DNA of 64,000 bases from a bacterium (GCA_030697705.1 JAUYPE010000002.1:4312-68311); one strand, 5' to 3'. Counted from the first letter of the stretch, positions 30,111 to 39,108 are shown. The notes: generated by a model from the letters alone, not told the origin. A program made the numbers and translations.

Positions 30111-31394
30111 CTACTTCCTCTCATCAAGCTTCACCTTCACGCTTATTTCTTTACCGGCACGGAATACGGTCAAAGTAATTTCCTCACCAACGGCGTGGTT
30201 TTGGACAATAGCCGACAATGCGCGATTCGCATCAATCCGCTCGCCGGCAACGACAAGAATAATATCTCCTTCTTTCAAACCCGCACGGTCAGCCGGACCG
30301 CCGGGCACGACTGCAGGACCGTCGGTATTTTTACCAAGCAATGCGCCGTAATTCCTGCCGAGATTCAAGCTTTTGGCAAGGTCGTCGGTAACGGGCGCGT
30401 ACCGCACACCAAGGTAGGGATAGATTATCTTGCCGGTTTTGCGTACACTCTCAATATCACGTTTAACTTTATTGATGGGAATGGCAAAACCGATGCTCTG
30501 CGCGCCGCTCGCCACGGCGGTATTGATGGCAACCACCTCGCCGTAGACATTGATAAGCGGTCCGCCGGAGTTGCCGGGATTAATTGCCGCATCGGTCTGC
30601 ACCAATTCCTGCAATGCCTCTGGACCGTCCGCTCCGCCATTAGCAACGATGGAACGCTGAAGACCGGAGACGACGCCAACTGAAACGGTATTGCGGAATT
30701 CGCCGAGCGCATTACCGATGGCGATGACGGTCTGCCCGATTTTAATTGCTGAAGAATCGGCAAGTTTAAGAAACGGCAAGTTTGAGCCGGTTATCTGCAG
30801 AATCGCCAGATCCTGCACGGGATCGCGCGCCAAGACCTTCGCGGGCAATTTTTTGCCGTCGTTCGTGAGAACGGTAAAGTCCGCAGTTACATCGGCGACG
30901 ACATGTTTGTTCGTCACAATAAACCCATCGGCTGATACGATGAATCCACTTCCCGCAGAAACTTCTTGCCGTTTCGTCCCGTTTTGGCGAAGTTGCGGCA
31001 CTTGAAGGTTTGGATTCTCACCAAAAAATTGCTTAAAGAATGGGTCATCGCCGAATGGATCCACAAAATACCGCTCAATAATGGGAACATCTTTACTCGC
31101 CACTATACTGACTACGGCGGGTGAGGCGTTTTTGACCACCTGTACCACCAGTTCATCGGAGCGAACGATGCGCTCAATAGCCTCTTTTGTTTCGGGCGTT
31201 ACCGGCTTATCGCCCGACTTTTGCCGCGGGAAAAAATAAGATGGAATAATCGCCTCCTGGCTTACCATGGAACCGCGCCCGAAAACGCCAAGCACAAGCG
31301 TTGTGCCGATGAGCGAGGCGAGAAAACTTAACACGACGGCGAAAATAACCATCTGGCGCATGGTCGGCTGGGGTTGTTGTTGATGATCGGGCAT
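30111..31394 (-). CDS. htrA: HtrA/DegP-family serine protease with PDZ domain
   Basis: N-terminal TM; trypsin-like catalytic motifs (TNKHVV, DLAIL, GNSGGPLINVYGEVVAINTA); C-terminal PDZ. Confidence 0.85.
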   Translation of the reverse strand: MPDHQQQPQPTMRQMVIFAVVLSFLASLIGTTLVLGVFGRGSMVSQEAIIPSYFFPRQKSGDKPVTPETKEAIERIVRSDELVVQVVKNASPAVVSIVASKDVPIIERYFVDPFGDDPFFKQFFGENPNLQVPQLRQNGTKRQEVSAGSGFIVSADGFIVTNKHVVADVTADFTVLTNDGKKLPAKVLARDPVQDLAILQITGSNLPFLKLADSSAIKIGQTVIAIGNALGEFRNTVSVGVVSGLQRSIVANGGADGPEALQELVQTDAAINPGNSGGPLINVYGEVVAINTAVASGAQSIGFAIPINKVKRDIESVRKTGKIIYPYLGVRYAPVTDDLAKSLNLGRNYGALLGKNTDGPAVVPGGPADRAGLKEGDIILVVAGERIDANRALSAIVQNHAVGEEITLTVFRAGKEISVKVKLDERK

Positions 31395-31514
31395 AGGAAA
31401 AACTTTACATTTGAAACTCTGACAAGACCCTCCCTACTCTACCATACGGAACAACAATCGCAAAAGGTGCCTCACAAGGATATGCGCGGCATGGACTCTC
31501 CTAAAAAATACCCA

Positions 31515-31739
31515 TTACACCGCCTCAACACATCGCACCTCGGGCACGGCTTGTTTGAGCATCTCCTCAACTCCCGCTTTGAGCGTCAATTGCGAGAGCG
31601 GACAGCCGTGGCAAGTCCCAAGAAGTTGGACGAAAACCGTCCCCGTCCCCTCCTCAAACCGCACAAACTCAATATTCCCCAAATGCCTCGCCAGCATCGG
31701 CCTGATCTGCCCAAGCGCTTTTTCAATTTGTTCGATCAT
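31515..31739 (-). CDS. Nfu/NifU C-terminal-domain Fe-S cluster carrier
   Basis: 74 aa, GTCHGCPLSQLTLKAGVE CxxC motif typical of the Nfu domain. Confidence 0.7.
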   Translation of the reverse strand: MIEQIEKALGQIRPMLARHLGNIEFVRFEEGTGTVFVQLLGTCHGCPLSQLTLKAGVEEMLKQAVPEVRCVEAV

Positions 31740-31792
31740 AAAAGCCCTTATCTTAGCACTAACAGCCCAAGTTTTTCTTTGGCAATAAATTC

Positions 31793-32467
31793 TTACTGAC
31801 TACCACTCCTTGCAGATTCATCAACTAGTCTACTCTGAAGTTCTTTAGCTACTTTGAGTAGTTCTTCCATAGGATAGTCTTGTCGTCCAAGAAAGCCCCT
31901 TTCCGCACCCTTGTCTTTAAATTCCTCATAACGATCAATGAAATACTCCTGAATAAAACTAATCATCTCACTGGCAGGGAACCCCCTCATCCTCTCTCTA
32001 ACTTGTTCGTCAGTTAGTTTTTCTCCTCTACTTTGAGCATCTTGCGTTATCTTTTTTTCAACTATCAGGGAGAGGTTGTGGTCATCAAGCATGGATCGCT
32101 CCATTTTTAACTTTTCTATCAACTCCATTTTCCGACTATCTGTCGGCTTATTTTCTCTCTTCGCTTTCTCTATGGTCTCCTCATTGACGAATATTGCGTT
32201 ACGCAGGTTATACCATACCATGCTTGAAGTGCCCGCTTTTACATCAGCGGGTATCTCCAATTTTTTAGATCTTTCTAGTTTTCTATCCTGTTCTGCTTTT
32301 TCAAAACCCCTCGCTATTTTTCCTTCGGGATCATCCATTGTCATCGCTTTTGAATAATCCATCGTACCGTCAGGATTTCTTTTTGCACCAACAAAAATCC
32401 GGCTCTTTGGTTTTTCCTGCTCTGAAGGTTGTTCGGGTGTAGACCCACCCATTTCAGGACTTTTCAT
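31793..32467 (-). CDS. hypothetical Lys/Glu-rich protein
   Basis: ORF only; charged low-complexity sequence; no family recognised. Confidence 0.35.
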   Translation of the reverse strand: MKSPEMGGSTPEQPSEQEKPKSRIFVGAKRNPDGTMDYSKAMTMDDPEGKIARGFEKAEQDRKLERSKKLEIPADVKAGTSSMVWYNLRNAIFVNEETIEKAKRENKPTDSRKMELIEKLKMERSMLDDHNLSLIVEKKITQDAQSRGEKLTDEQVRERMRGFPASEMISFIQEYFIDRYEEFKDKGAERGFLGRQDYPMEELLKVAKELQSRLVDESARSGSQ

Positions 32468-32522
32468 AGTTTTTGTTGACCATACTCTTAGGATTAAATA
32501 TGCGGTTTACGACTGTATAATG

Positions 32523-33122
32523 TCACTCTCTAAACTGCTCAAGCTTCATCCGCTCAATCACGCCATTCACCTGCTCCCAGTTCAGATTCTTGAAAAATAC
32601 CTCAATGTACTCCTTGCGCGCCGTGGCAAAGTCCAGAAAATACGCGTGCTCGTACACATCCATAATAAAGAGTGCGACTGCTCCCCACACACCGCCCTGA
32701 TTGTGCGAGTCACAGAGGTAGTTTCGCAATGTGCCGTCTTCTAAATCAAAAGCGAGAATCGCCCACCCCCGCGCCGCAATACCGAGCGCCTTGAACTCTT
32801 CCATCCACTTTTCGTATGAACCAAAATCCTCCTCAATCCACTGTTTGATCATACCCGTCGGTTCGCTCCCGCCCGCTTTCATATTATCAAAATACCCCTC
32901 ATGGAGGCGGATGCCGTTTAACGCGAATGTCTCTTCGCGCTTGAGCTCGCCGAACTCCGAATAGGTCGCATTTGCCGCCGCGTGGTCAGTGACTTTTAAC
33001 TTCTCCTGTATCTCGTTCCATTTTTTGACATACCCCGCATAGAGCACATCGTGGTGCTCTTTTAACTGCTTCTCGGAAATCCCCTCCAACTGCGTATACG
33101 GCAATGGTTTTTGTCCTTTCAT
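32523..33122 (-). CDS. sodA: Fe/Mn superoxide dismutase
   Basis: KPLPYTQLEGISEKQLKEHHDVLYAGYV (N-terminal SOD signature) and DVYEHAYFLDF (C-terminal D-x-W/Y-E-H-A-Y-Y motif). Start MKGQKPLPY (33122) has an aagagg SD. Confidence 0.85.
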   Translation of the reverse strand: MKGQKPLPYTQLEGISEKQLKEHHDVLYAGYVKKWNEIQEKLKVTDHAAANATYSEFGELKREETFALNGIRLHEGYFDNMKAGGSEPTGMIKQWIEEDFGSYEKWMEEFKALGIAARGWAILAFDLEDGTLRNYLCDSHNQGGVWGAVALFIMDVYEHAYFLDFATARKEYIEVFFKNLNWEQVNGVIERMKLEQFRE

Positions 33123-33132
33123 AATCCTCTTC

Positions 33133-33242
33133 GTCATCCCGAACGGAGTGACTGCCAGCAGGCGTCCCGTGAGGGAGGGATCCCTCACAGCTTCAGTATA
33201 AACTGAATGTTAACGGGATTCCTCGCTCACGCTCGGAATGAC
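33133..33242. repeat. MITE-like palindromic repeat, copy D
   Basis: gtcatcccgaacggagtgactgccagcaggcgtcccgtgagggagg...ctcgctcacgctcggaatgac. Its first ~45 nt are near-identical to the reverse complement of copy E (45824-45929). Abuts the SOD ribosome-binding site. Confidence 0.75.
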
Positions 33243-33254
33243 ACGAAAAATATA

Positions 33255-33503
33255 TTACGGAAAAATCTGATTCCCTTCTTCGTCAAAAATCAAAATCGCC
33301 TGCGTGGGGCATGATTTCGCGGCGAGGAGAATCGTCTCGTCGTCCGCCCCGTGGTCATTATACACCACCGCCTTATTCTCGCCATCCAGCTCAAACACGC
33401 CGGGCGCCACGGCAATGCACGACGCTGCCCCAATGCAGAGATCGCGATCCACAACGATCTTCCCAATCTTTAAGGGCTTTGATTCTGGTTTTTGGTCATC
33501 CAT
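33255..33503 (-). CDS. ferredoxin (single [3Fe-4S]/[4Fe-4S] cluster type)
   Basis: 82 aa, CIGAASCIAV...KSCP Cys pattern. Confidence 0.7.
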   Translation of the reverse strand: MDDQKPESKPLKIGKIVVDRDLCIGAASCIAVAPGVFELDGENKAVVYNDHGADDETILLAAKSCPTQAILIFDEEGNQIFP

Positions 33504-33524
33504 AACAAGTGCGAGACAAACTGC

Positions 33525-33731
33525 TTAGCGAACAGATTTTAATACCCCTTCTTTGCGAGTATGCTTTTTTGAGAAACGCTTGCTTGCGTCAAGTATCTCA
33601 ACATACAAGGGAATCCCCTTGCTATCAAGATCAACCATAATGCCGGGAGCGATTTCGCGCGTTTCAGCCACCTTGCCCCTCTTAAAGGTCAGGTTTACGG
33701 CATCAGCAACAGGATCATAAGAATAGTTCAT
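33525..33731 (-). CDS. DUF2283-family protein (putative antitoxin partner)
   Basis: 68 aa MNYSYDPVADAVNLTF...GIMVDLDSKGIPLYVEILDAS, pattern of DUF2283; overlaps the upstream gene by 4 nt. Confidence 0.55.
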   Translation of the reverse strand: MNYSYDPVADAVNLTFKRGKVAETREIAPGIMVDLDSKGIPLYVEILDASKRFSKKHTRKEGVLKSVR

Positions 33732-33970
33732 GGAAGTGAGTTTGTAAAGTATTGGGTAATAACAACGATTCTATCATCTTCTCGCACAAAAATGACTTTG
33801 AGATATTTTTTACCAACCTTGTAAAACGCAAGAAACTTGTCTGATTCCATGATGAGCTTCTCCGGTGCGTCTATCGCACTATACACCATTTCCCGGGAGA
33901 TACTTCGTTGCCCTAATTTTTCTAATGCGTGCCGCGTAAAAATAATTTTCACCATGGAACGGAAAACCAA
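33728..33970 (-). CDS. DUF4258-family protein (putative toxin partner)
   Basis: 80 aa, IIFTRHALEKLGQRSISREMVYSAI...; DUF4258/DUF2283 are a known co-occurring pair. Confidence 0.5.
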   Translation of the reverse strand: MVFRSMVKIIFTRHALEKLGQRSISREMVYSAIDAPEKLIMESDKFLAFYKVGKKYLKVIFVREDDRIVVITQYFTNSLP

Positions 33971-33972
33971 TG

Positions 33973-35097
33973 CTACCCATAATACTTCTCCTTGTAGAAT
34001 CTGATCAACTGTTCAACTTCCGTGATAATTTCGGGCGAGCCGACGCCGACTTTGAGTTTTTTCTGCACCGTCTCCAGATCAACCGCGCCCTCAAGCACCG
34101 CCTCTTCTATGTCTTTGTCGGTAATGTTGAGTTTGACATCAATCACCTTCGCTCCCTCTATCATAACCCGTTCGTTCTGATTTGTCCTGCGAAAATAATC
34201 ATTCGCCGCTTTGCGAAACGCCTTGTCCGCCAAAACAGAACAGTGAATTTTTCTATTTGGTAAACCACCCAACCGATCCATAATGTGCTGGGGTTTTATT
34301 TTTAATGCTTCGCCCAAAGGCAGGCCGCCGTTTTCCGTTACCATAACCGAAAACATAGATGTCGCCGCAATCGCCGAACCGCAGCCAAAAGTTCTCCATT
34401 TCATCTCCGCGACTTTTTCGGTTTGCGGTTCAATTTTTAGCCACATCTTCATCATATCGCCGCAATTATGGACAAGAAACGCACTCGTCGCGTAGGTATG
34501 AGAGTCTGCAACTTCAAAATTATACAGTCGTCCACCTTCAAACGACATAGTCTCTACATGCTCAATCGGTAGCTCAATGTGGTGACGCTCCCCCACAACC
34601 GGATAAAGGCAAATATCTTTCGCCTTAAGATCTCCGGCATGCGCCCATGTAATAGGCGCATATGCGTTCGATTCAGACATATATTGCTTTGCATAGATGA
34701 GATGGTCGGGTGTCGCAATAATTTCCCCTTGGAAATTCTTGATTTTTATGAGTGAACCCGCTTGATACCTCACACGAAACGCCTTCTCAACAGGATAGTA
34801 TCCAGAATCATGACTCAATACTTTTTCACCAACTTGAATGTTGGGAATCTCTTTCAGACCAGCCCCCGTCAACACTAATGTTTCAGGCGCAAGGCAGGCG
34901 GGCGAGCCGACCATCCCCGTCGCGTCATAAGCATTTTCATCCGGCTCCTCAAGCATGAGATTGCGCGGATTGAAAAAATGCTCTTTGACGATATCCGAAT
35001 AGTACCACCGCTCGCCGGTGAATTGGTTGACCACATCCCCCGCCGCGAGCCCCCCCTCGGGAATCGGTTTCTTTTCTTTAACTTTTTGATTATCCAT
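33973..35097 (-). CDS. IscU/NifU-type Fe-S scaffold protein interrupted by a mini-intein
   Basis: N-extein ...YSDIVKEHFFNPRN...GMVGSPA | intein | CGDMMKMWLKIEP...FGCGSAIAATSMF...LPNRKIHCSVLADKAF (IscU signature with all three Cys); C-terminal BFD/NifU-like tail without Cys. Confidence 0.8.
   Translation of the reverse strand: MDNQKVKEKKPIPEGGLAAGDVVNQFTGERWYYSDIVKEHFFNPRNLMLEEPDENAYDATGMVGSPACLAPETLVLTGAGLKEIPNIQVGEKVLSHDSGYYPVEKAFRVRYQAGSLIKIKNFQGEIIATPDHLIYAKQYMSESNAYAPITWAHAGDLKAKDICLYPVVGERHHIELPIEHVETMSFEGGRLYNFEVADSHTYATSAFLVHNCGDMMKMWLKIEPQTEKVAEMKWRTFGCGSAIAATSMFSVMVTENGGLPLGEALKIKPQHIMDRLGGLPNRKIHCSVLADKAFRKAANDYFRRTNQNERVMIEGAKVIDVKLNITDKDIEEAVLEGAVDLETVQKKLKVGVGSPEIITEVEQLIRFYKEKYYG
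34465..34896 (-). other. mini-intein (144 aa, no homing-endonuclease domain) inserted at the GSPA^CGD active-site Cys of IscU
   Basis: Block A CLAPETLVLT, block B GEIIATPDHLIY (TxxH), block F/G YNFEVADSHTYATSAFLVHN followed by +1 Cys (CGDMM). Confidence 0.8.
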
Positions 35098-35120
35098 AGT
35101 GAGGCGTTGTTTAGCGTTAT

Positions 35121-35790
35121 TCTGTCATTCCCGACTTAATCGAGAATCTATGATTCCTATCTTGCGTCGTAAACGATATTAGAACCATATTCCATCTGCA
35201 AATTGGATCATTTTGCCCATGAGGACACCGCAAAAATTACCCAAAATGGGGGTAAAAGTGTGAAGATACCTATAACTACAGAGGGCAAGAGGTATAAAAG
35301 GTTAAGGAGTAGCTTGAGCTTTTTTCCGGTTAGATCACCAATCCTAATTTTTGCCCCATCTTTATAGTGCTTCAAGTTTTCTTTGAACTCATTATCAATG
35401 GACTCCGATAGATAAATGTACAAAGCAAGAAAAACTATAGCAGGAATCATCACAAGGGTAGCATAGGGAGCGACTCTTAAAAGAATGGGGTGTGGATAAT
35501 TGAATGTTTTGTATAACTCATTAAGCGTCGGATAAAGATAAAGATGAACATACAAAAGGAGCAAGCTATCCGCAATTGCAATAAAAAGTGCTACATTTTT
35601 TATACGCTTTAGCACCGTCCACGCCTTCTCTTTTTCTATAGTACGATTCCTACGCTTCATAGCTATTAATACGGATAGGATAGGGACCAGAATTAACAGG
35701 CCATATATATAGGAAGTACTCATAGTTTTTATTTACGATAACTTTATAAAATCCTCTGCTTCTGGATTCCCGCTTTCGCGGGAATGACAG
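35121..35790. mobile_element. segment bounded by a perfect 12-bp inverted repeat (ctgtcattcccg / cgggaatgacag) carrying a low-GC passenger gene
   Basis: IR arms at 35122-35133 and 35779-35790 share the gtcattcc TIR core of the MITE family. The enclosed membrane-protein gene is much more AT-rich than flanking nifS/iscU. Confidence 0.5.
35208..35723 (-). CDS. hypothetical 4-TM membrane protein (passenger within IR-bounded segment)
   Basis: ORF with 4 hydrophobic segments; AT-rich codon usage. Confidence 0.45.
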   Translation of the reverse strand: MSTSYIYGLLILVPILSVLIAMKRRNRTIEKEKAWTVLKRIKNVALFIAIADSLLLLYVHLYLYPTLNELYKTFNYPHPILLRVAPYATLVMIPAIVFLALYIYLSESIDNEFKENLKHYKDGAKIRIGDLTGKKLKLLLNLLYLLPSVVIGIFTLLPPFWVIFAVSSWAK

Positions 35791-35800
35791 GATTAAGATT

Positions 35801-37075
35801 TCACTTATAATTCTTCCCGCCTACTTTTATTTTAGACCCTTGACCGGCAAACGCCTCCGGGTGGGACACATCCATCTGCCCCATTTCCAGCCGTACGGGA
35901 GAGATTTGGCGCAGTTTTTCTACAATACCAGGAAAAACTTCCATGACATAATCCAAATCCTCCTTCGTCGTACGGTGGCCGAGCGTAAAGCGGAGCGATC
36001 CGTGCGCGTACTCATACGGTCGTCCAATGGCGAGAATGACATGCGAAGGGTCGAGCGTCGTAGAGGTACACGCCGAACCGGTGGAGATGTAAATGCCCTT
36101 TGAATCCAGATACAAAATAACCGCCTCGCCTTCAATATCCAAAACCGACATATTCACATTATTAGGCAGACGCTTTATCGGATGACCGTTCAAGACAACT
36201 TTTGGAATCTCGGTTATGAGTCGGTGCGTTAAGTAATCGCGAAGTTCAATCAAACGCGCGTTTTCTTTTTCTTTCTCCGCATGCGCGAGTTCAAACGCTT
36301 TGGCAAAACCGATAATACCCGGCACATTTTCCGTCCCAGAACGGAGATTATTTTCCTGCCCGCCGCCGTGGATAATGGCCTTGAGCCGTGTCCCGCGCTT
36401 TACATAAAGACACCCGACACCTTTGGGACCGTACATTTTTGAGCCATTTATCGCGAGCAGATCAACGCCTAATTTTTCAACATCCATCTCAAGCGCGCCC
36501 GCCGCTTGGCACGCGTCGGTATGGAAATAAATCGGCGTCGCGTTTCCGGCAATTTTACGCTCCGCGCGGATATCTTTTATAACTTTGGCAATCTCCGGAA
36601 TCGGTTCAATGGTACCGATCTCGTTATTGGCATACATGATAGAAACAAGAATCGTATCCGGTTCTATCGCGCGGCACACCGCTTCCGGATCAACGAGTCC
36701 GTCCTCATCAACCGGCAGGTAGGTAGTGCGAAACCCTTCTTTTTGCAGTGCTTCACATGAGTGCAAAACGGCGTGATGCTCAATCGCGGAGGTGATAATA
36801 TGCCTCCCCTTATCTCCGTACATGTGGGCTATACCAAAAATTGCCAAATTAATCGCCTCCGTTCCTCCGCCGGTAAAAATCAACTCCTCCGACTTGCAAT
36901 GCAAAATGTGAGCGACCGTTTCGCGCGCCGCGTCTAGTGCCTCTTTTGCGCGCCTCCCCGGACGGTACAAAGACGAAGGATTGCCGAATTCACCTTCCCA
37001 AAACGGCTCCATCGCCGCTTTTACGCGCGAGTCAAGGTAGGTCGTCGCCGCATGATCTAAATACACTTCTCGCAT
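35801..37075 (-). CDS. cysteine desulfurase (NifS/IscS, class V aminotransferase)
   Basis: YLDHAATT, PLP-lysine region (INGSKMYGPKG), catalytic loop SGSACTS. Confidence 0.85.
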   Translation of the reverse strand: MREVYLDHAATTYLDSRVKAAMEPFWEGEFGNPSSLYRPGRRAKEALDAARETVAHILHCKSEELIFTGGGTEAINLAIFGIAHMYGDKGRHIITSAIEHHAVLHSCEALQKEGFRTTYLPVDEDGLVDPEAVCRAIEPDTILVSIMYANNEIGTIEPIPEIAKVIKDIRAERKIAGNATPIYFHTDACQAAGALEMDVEKLGVDLLAINGSKMYGPKGVGCLYVKRGTRLKAIIHGGGQENNLRSGTENVPGIIGFAKAFELAHAEKEKENARLIELRDYLTHRLITEIPKVVLNGHPIKRLPNNVNMSVLDIEGEAVILYLDSKGIYISTGSACTSTTLDPSHVILAIGRPYEYAHGSLRFTLGHRTTKEDLDYVMEVFPGIVEKLRQISPVRLEMGQMDVSHPEAFAGQGSKIKVGGKNYK

Positions 37076-37247
37076 AAAAAATTATTACTCTTGCCATCCA
37101 GTATACGGTATGCCCCACCGTTGTCAATAAAAGTATTGACAACGGTATAAAATAAATGTATACATAAGGGGAGGCCGTGCCCTTTGACATCAGTCGCGCG
37201 TCTTCTGCCGCGACTTCACCATCCGCAAAACCGCGAAGGAGTACGAC

Positions 37248-38444
37248 ATGCCGCTCAATCCTTTCAGGTTCTCTGAAAAAGCTCGCACCTATTATGGCAG
37301 AGTATTCCCACGCATTGAGCTTGTTGCGGCCCATATAGATGAAGAGTATAGCATTTCAGCCGCTGCGAGAGAGGAGATTATGCGTGATCTTGCCAAACTC
37401 CCCAAAAAAATCGCTGCATCCGCCTCAACTCTGGGAAATGATGCCGCTCAACTCCGCGCCGCTTATGCGCACCTTAATGGGAGGGATAGAGAAAAATGGG
37501 AAGAGATGATGGCACACGATCATGCCATTACGCGCCCTCTGAAAAGATTATTGAAAGACGGCATCACGACATGGGAGCAGGTGAAAGAACGGGCGACTGC
37601 GCAACAACGCCTGAATGAACAAGAACCGCCGCTTGATGATTCAACAGCACGTGAGACGGAACAAGAAACACCACCGGAGCCGGTACAATATGATGATCCT
37701 CGCCCAGCGTCACCAATGGATGAGCGATCATCAACTACCCACCCCTTCCTTTTCCTTAAAGCATTAGCGTCGGCAAGCGCAACAGTGCTGGGAGAATTGG
37801 GGCGGGTAGCCGAAGAGGTGACCTATCTTCTTGATGCCCGAGCTCGCGACCAGCGCCTTCTGGTACGCCAGAGCGAGCTTGAGACACGAAACGCACAACT
37901 CACAGAGCAGATCGCTCTCCTAGAGGAGACAAGGCGAACAACACAGAAGCGGCTTGCCGGTGCAGAGCACCGCATCCAGATACTCACCCAACAAGTAAAG
38001 GAGCTCGCGCCACGGCGTTTGGAAGAACTTGCGGAACTTTTTCCAAGTATCCCGGCACTGTTCAAATGCGCCGACGACATCCGTGAGGAGATGCGAAAGC
38101 GTGAGGATATAGTCAACTCGTTGCCCACAAAGCTCCTTTGGCTCGGAAACCATGACGGCAAACCGAAAGAGATGGTGTCCATGGTCTATCATCCCCCTTT
38201 TAAAGCGTATTTCAGCGACGCGGATCACGAGATTAGAGAGGCGGTCATAAAACAAATTCACTTCCTGTGCGAAGAGGGACCGCATCACAAGTCCCTTGAT
38301 ACCAAACGGAACAAAAATCCAACTCCTCCCCACACGCCGGATGAGCATATGTATATCCGGATAAAAATCGGCCTGCGGGCCACCTGCTCAAAGGAAGGAT
38401 CAGAACTTCACTTTTACAATATCATTCCGCGAGGTGATCTATGA
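37248..38444 (+). CDS. hypothetical coiled-coil protein with possible RelE/ParE-like C-terminal domain
   Basis: 398 aa on the plus strand, a rare orientation here. Acidic linker, heptad-like central region (LLVRQSELETRNAQLTEQIALLEETRR). C-terminus ...HMYIRIKIGLRATCSKEGSELHFYNIIPRGDL is reminiscent of a RelE-fold tail. Confidence 0.35.
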   Translation: MPLNPFRFSEKARTYYGRVFPRIELVAAHIDEEYSISAAAREEIMRDLAKLPKKIAASASTLGNDAAQLRAAYAHLNGRDREKWEEMMAHDHAITRPLKRLLKDGITTWEQVKERATAQQRLNEQEPPLDDSTARETEQETPPEPVQYDDPRPASPMDERSSTTHPFLFLKALASASATVLGELGRVAEEVTYLLDARARDQRLLVRQSELETRNAQLTEQIALLEETRRTTQKRLAGAEHRIQILTQQVKELAPRRLEELAELFPSIPALFKCADDIREEMRKREDIVNSLPTKLLWLGNHDGKPKEMVSMVYHPPFKAYFSDADHEIREAVIKQIHFLCEEGPHHKSLDTKRNKNPTPPHTPDEHMYIRIKIGLRATCSKEGSELHFYNIIPRGDL

Positions 38445-38580
38445 TATGAGATGATGCTCACATAGTCATTCATGGGCGCAGAAACATTATACGTACGGAA
38501 CCAAAACCCATCAAACTTTGTTTGATGGGTTTTTCATGCACAATCAAAAAAAGATATCTGGTTGGTACCACACAGCTCCC

Positions 38581-39108
38581 CTATCCCTTCCCCAGCGTAT
38601 TCTGTCCCGGTTCCCACTCAACTGGACAGCGCTCACCCGTTTGAAGCGCCTGAACCGCGCGAAGTACCTCTTTGACCGAACGACCGACAGCATTATCCGA
38701 AACCATAAACCATCGCAGGTTACCCTCCGGATCAATGATAAATGTCCCTCGTTCGGAGGCGCCGTCCGCGGCGAGCACGCCGTACGCGCGCGAGATATCG
38801 TGAGTGGTGTCCGCCACAATGGGATACTTTACCATCGCTAAATCCCTTTCAAACCAATTTTTATGCGACCACTCGCTGTCCGTTGAACAGGCAAGAATAG
38901 CCGTATGATATTTTTCAAATTCTTCTTCCAGCCGCGCAAACTCCTTCAGCTCCGTCGGACATACGAAGGTAAAATCCCGCGGATAGAAAAACAAAACCAC
39001 CCACTTTTTCCGATAATCGGCAAGCGAGACGCGCACAAAGTCATCCCGTCCCGCCTGATAGGCGATTGTTTTATCAAACTCCGGCGCTTGTTGGCGTAAG
39101 CTCATCAT
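38581..39108 (-). CDS. peroxiredoxin (AhpC/TSA family)
   Basis: FTFVCPTE peroxidatic Cys motif. Confidence 0.8.
   Translation of the reverse strand: MMSLRQQAPEFDKTIAYQAGRDDFVRVSLADYRKKWVVLFFYPRDFTFVCPTELKEFARLEEEFEKYHTAILACSTDSEWSHKNWFERDLAMVKYPIVADTTHDISRAYGVLAADGASERGTFIIDPEGNLRWFMVSDNAVGRSVKEVLRAVQALQTGERCPVEWEPGQNTLGKG

Noticed and set aside
37032-37334. 100-aa minus-strand ORF overlapping the nifS start and the 5' end of the 37248 gene
   Set aside because: Overlaps two better-supported genes and has no conserved features.
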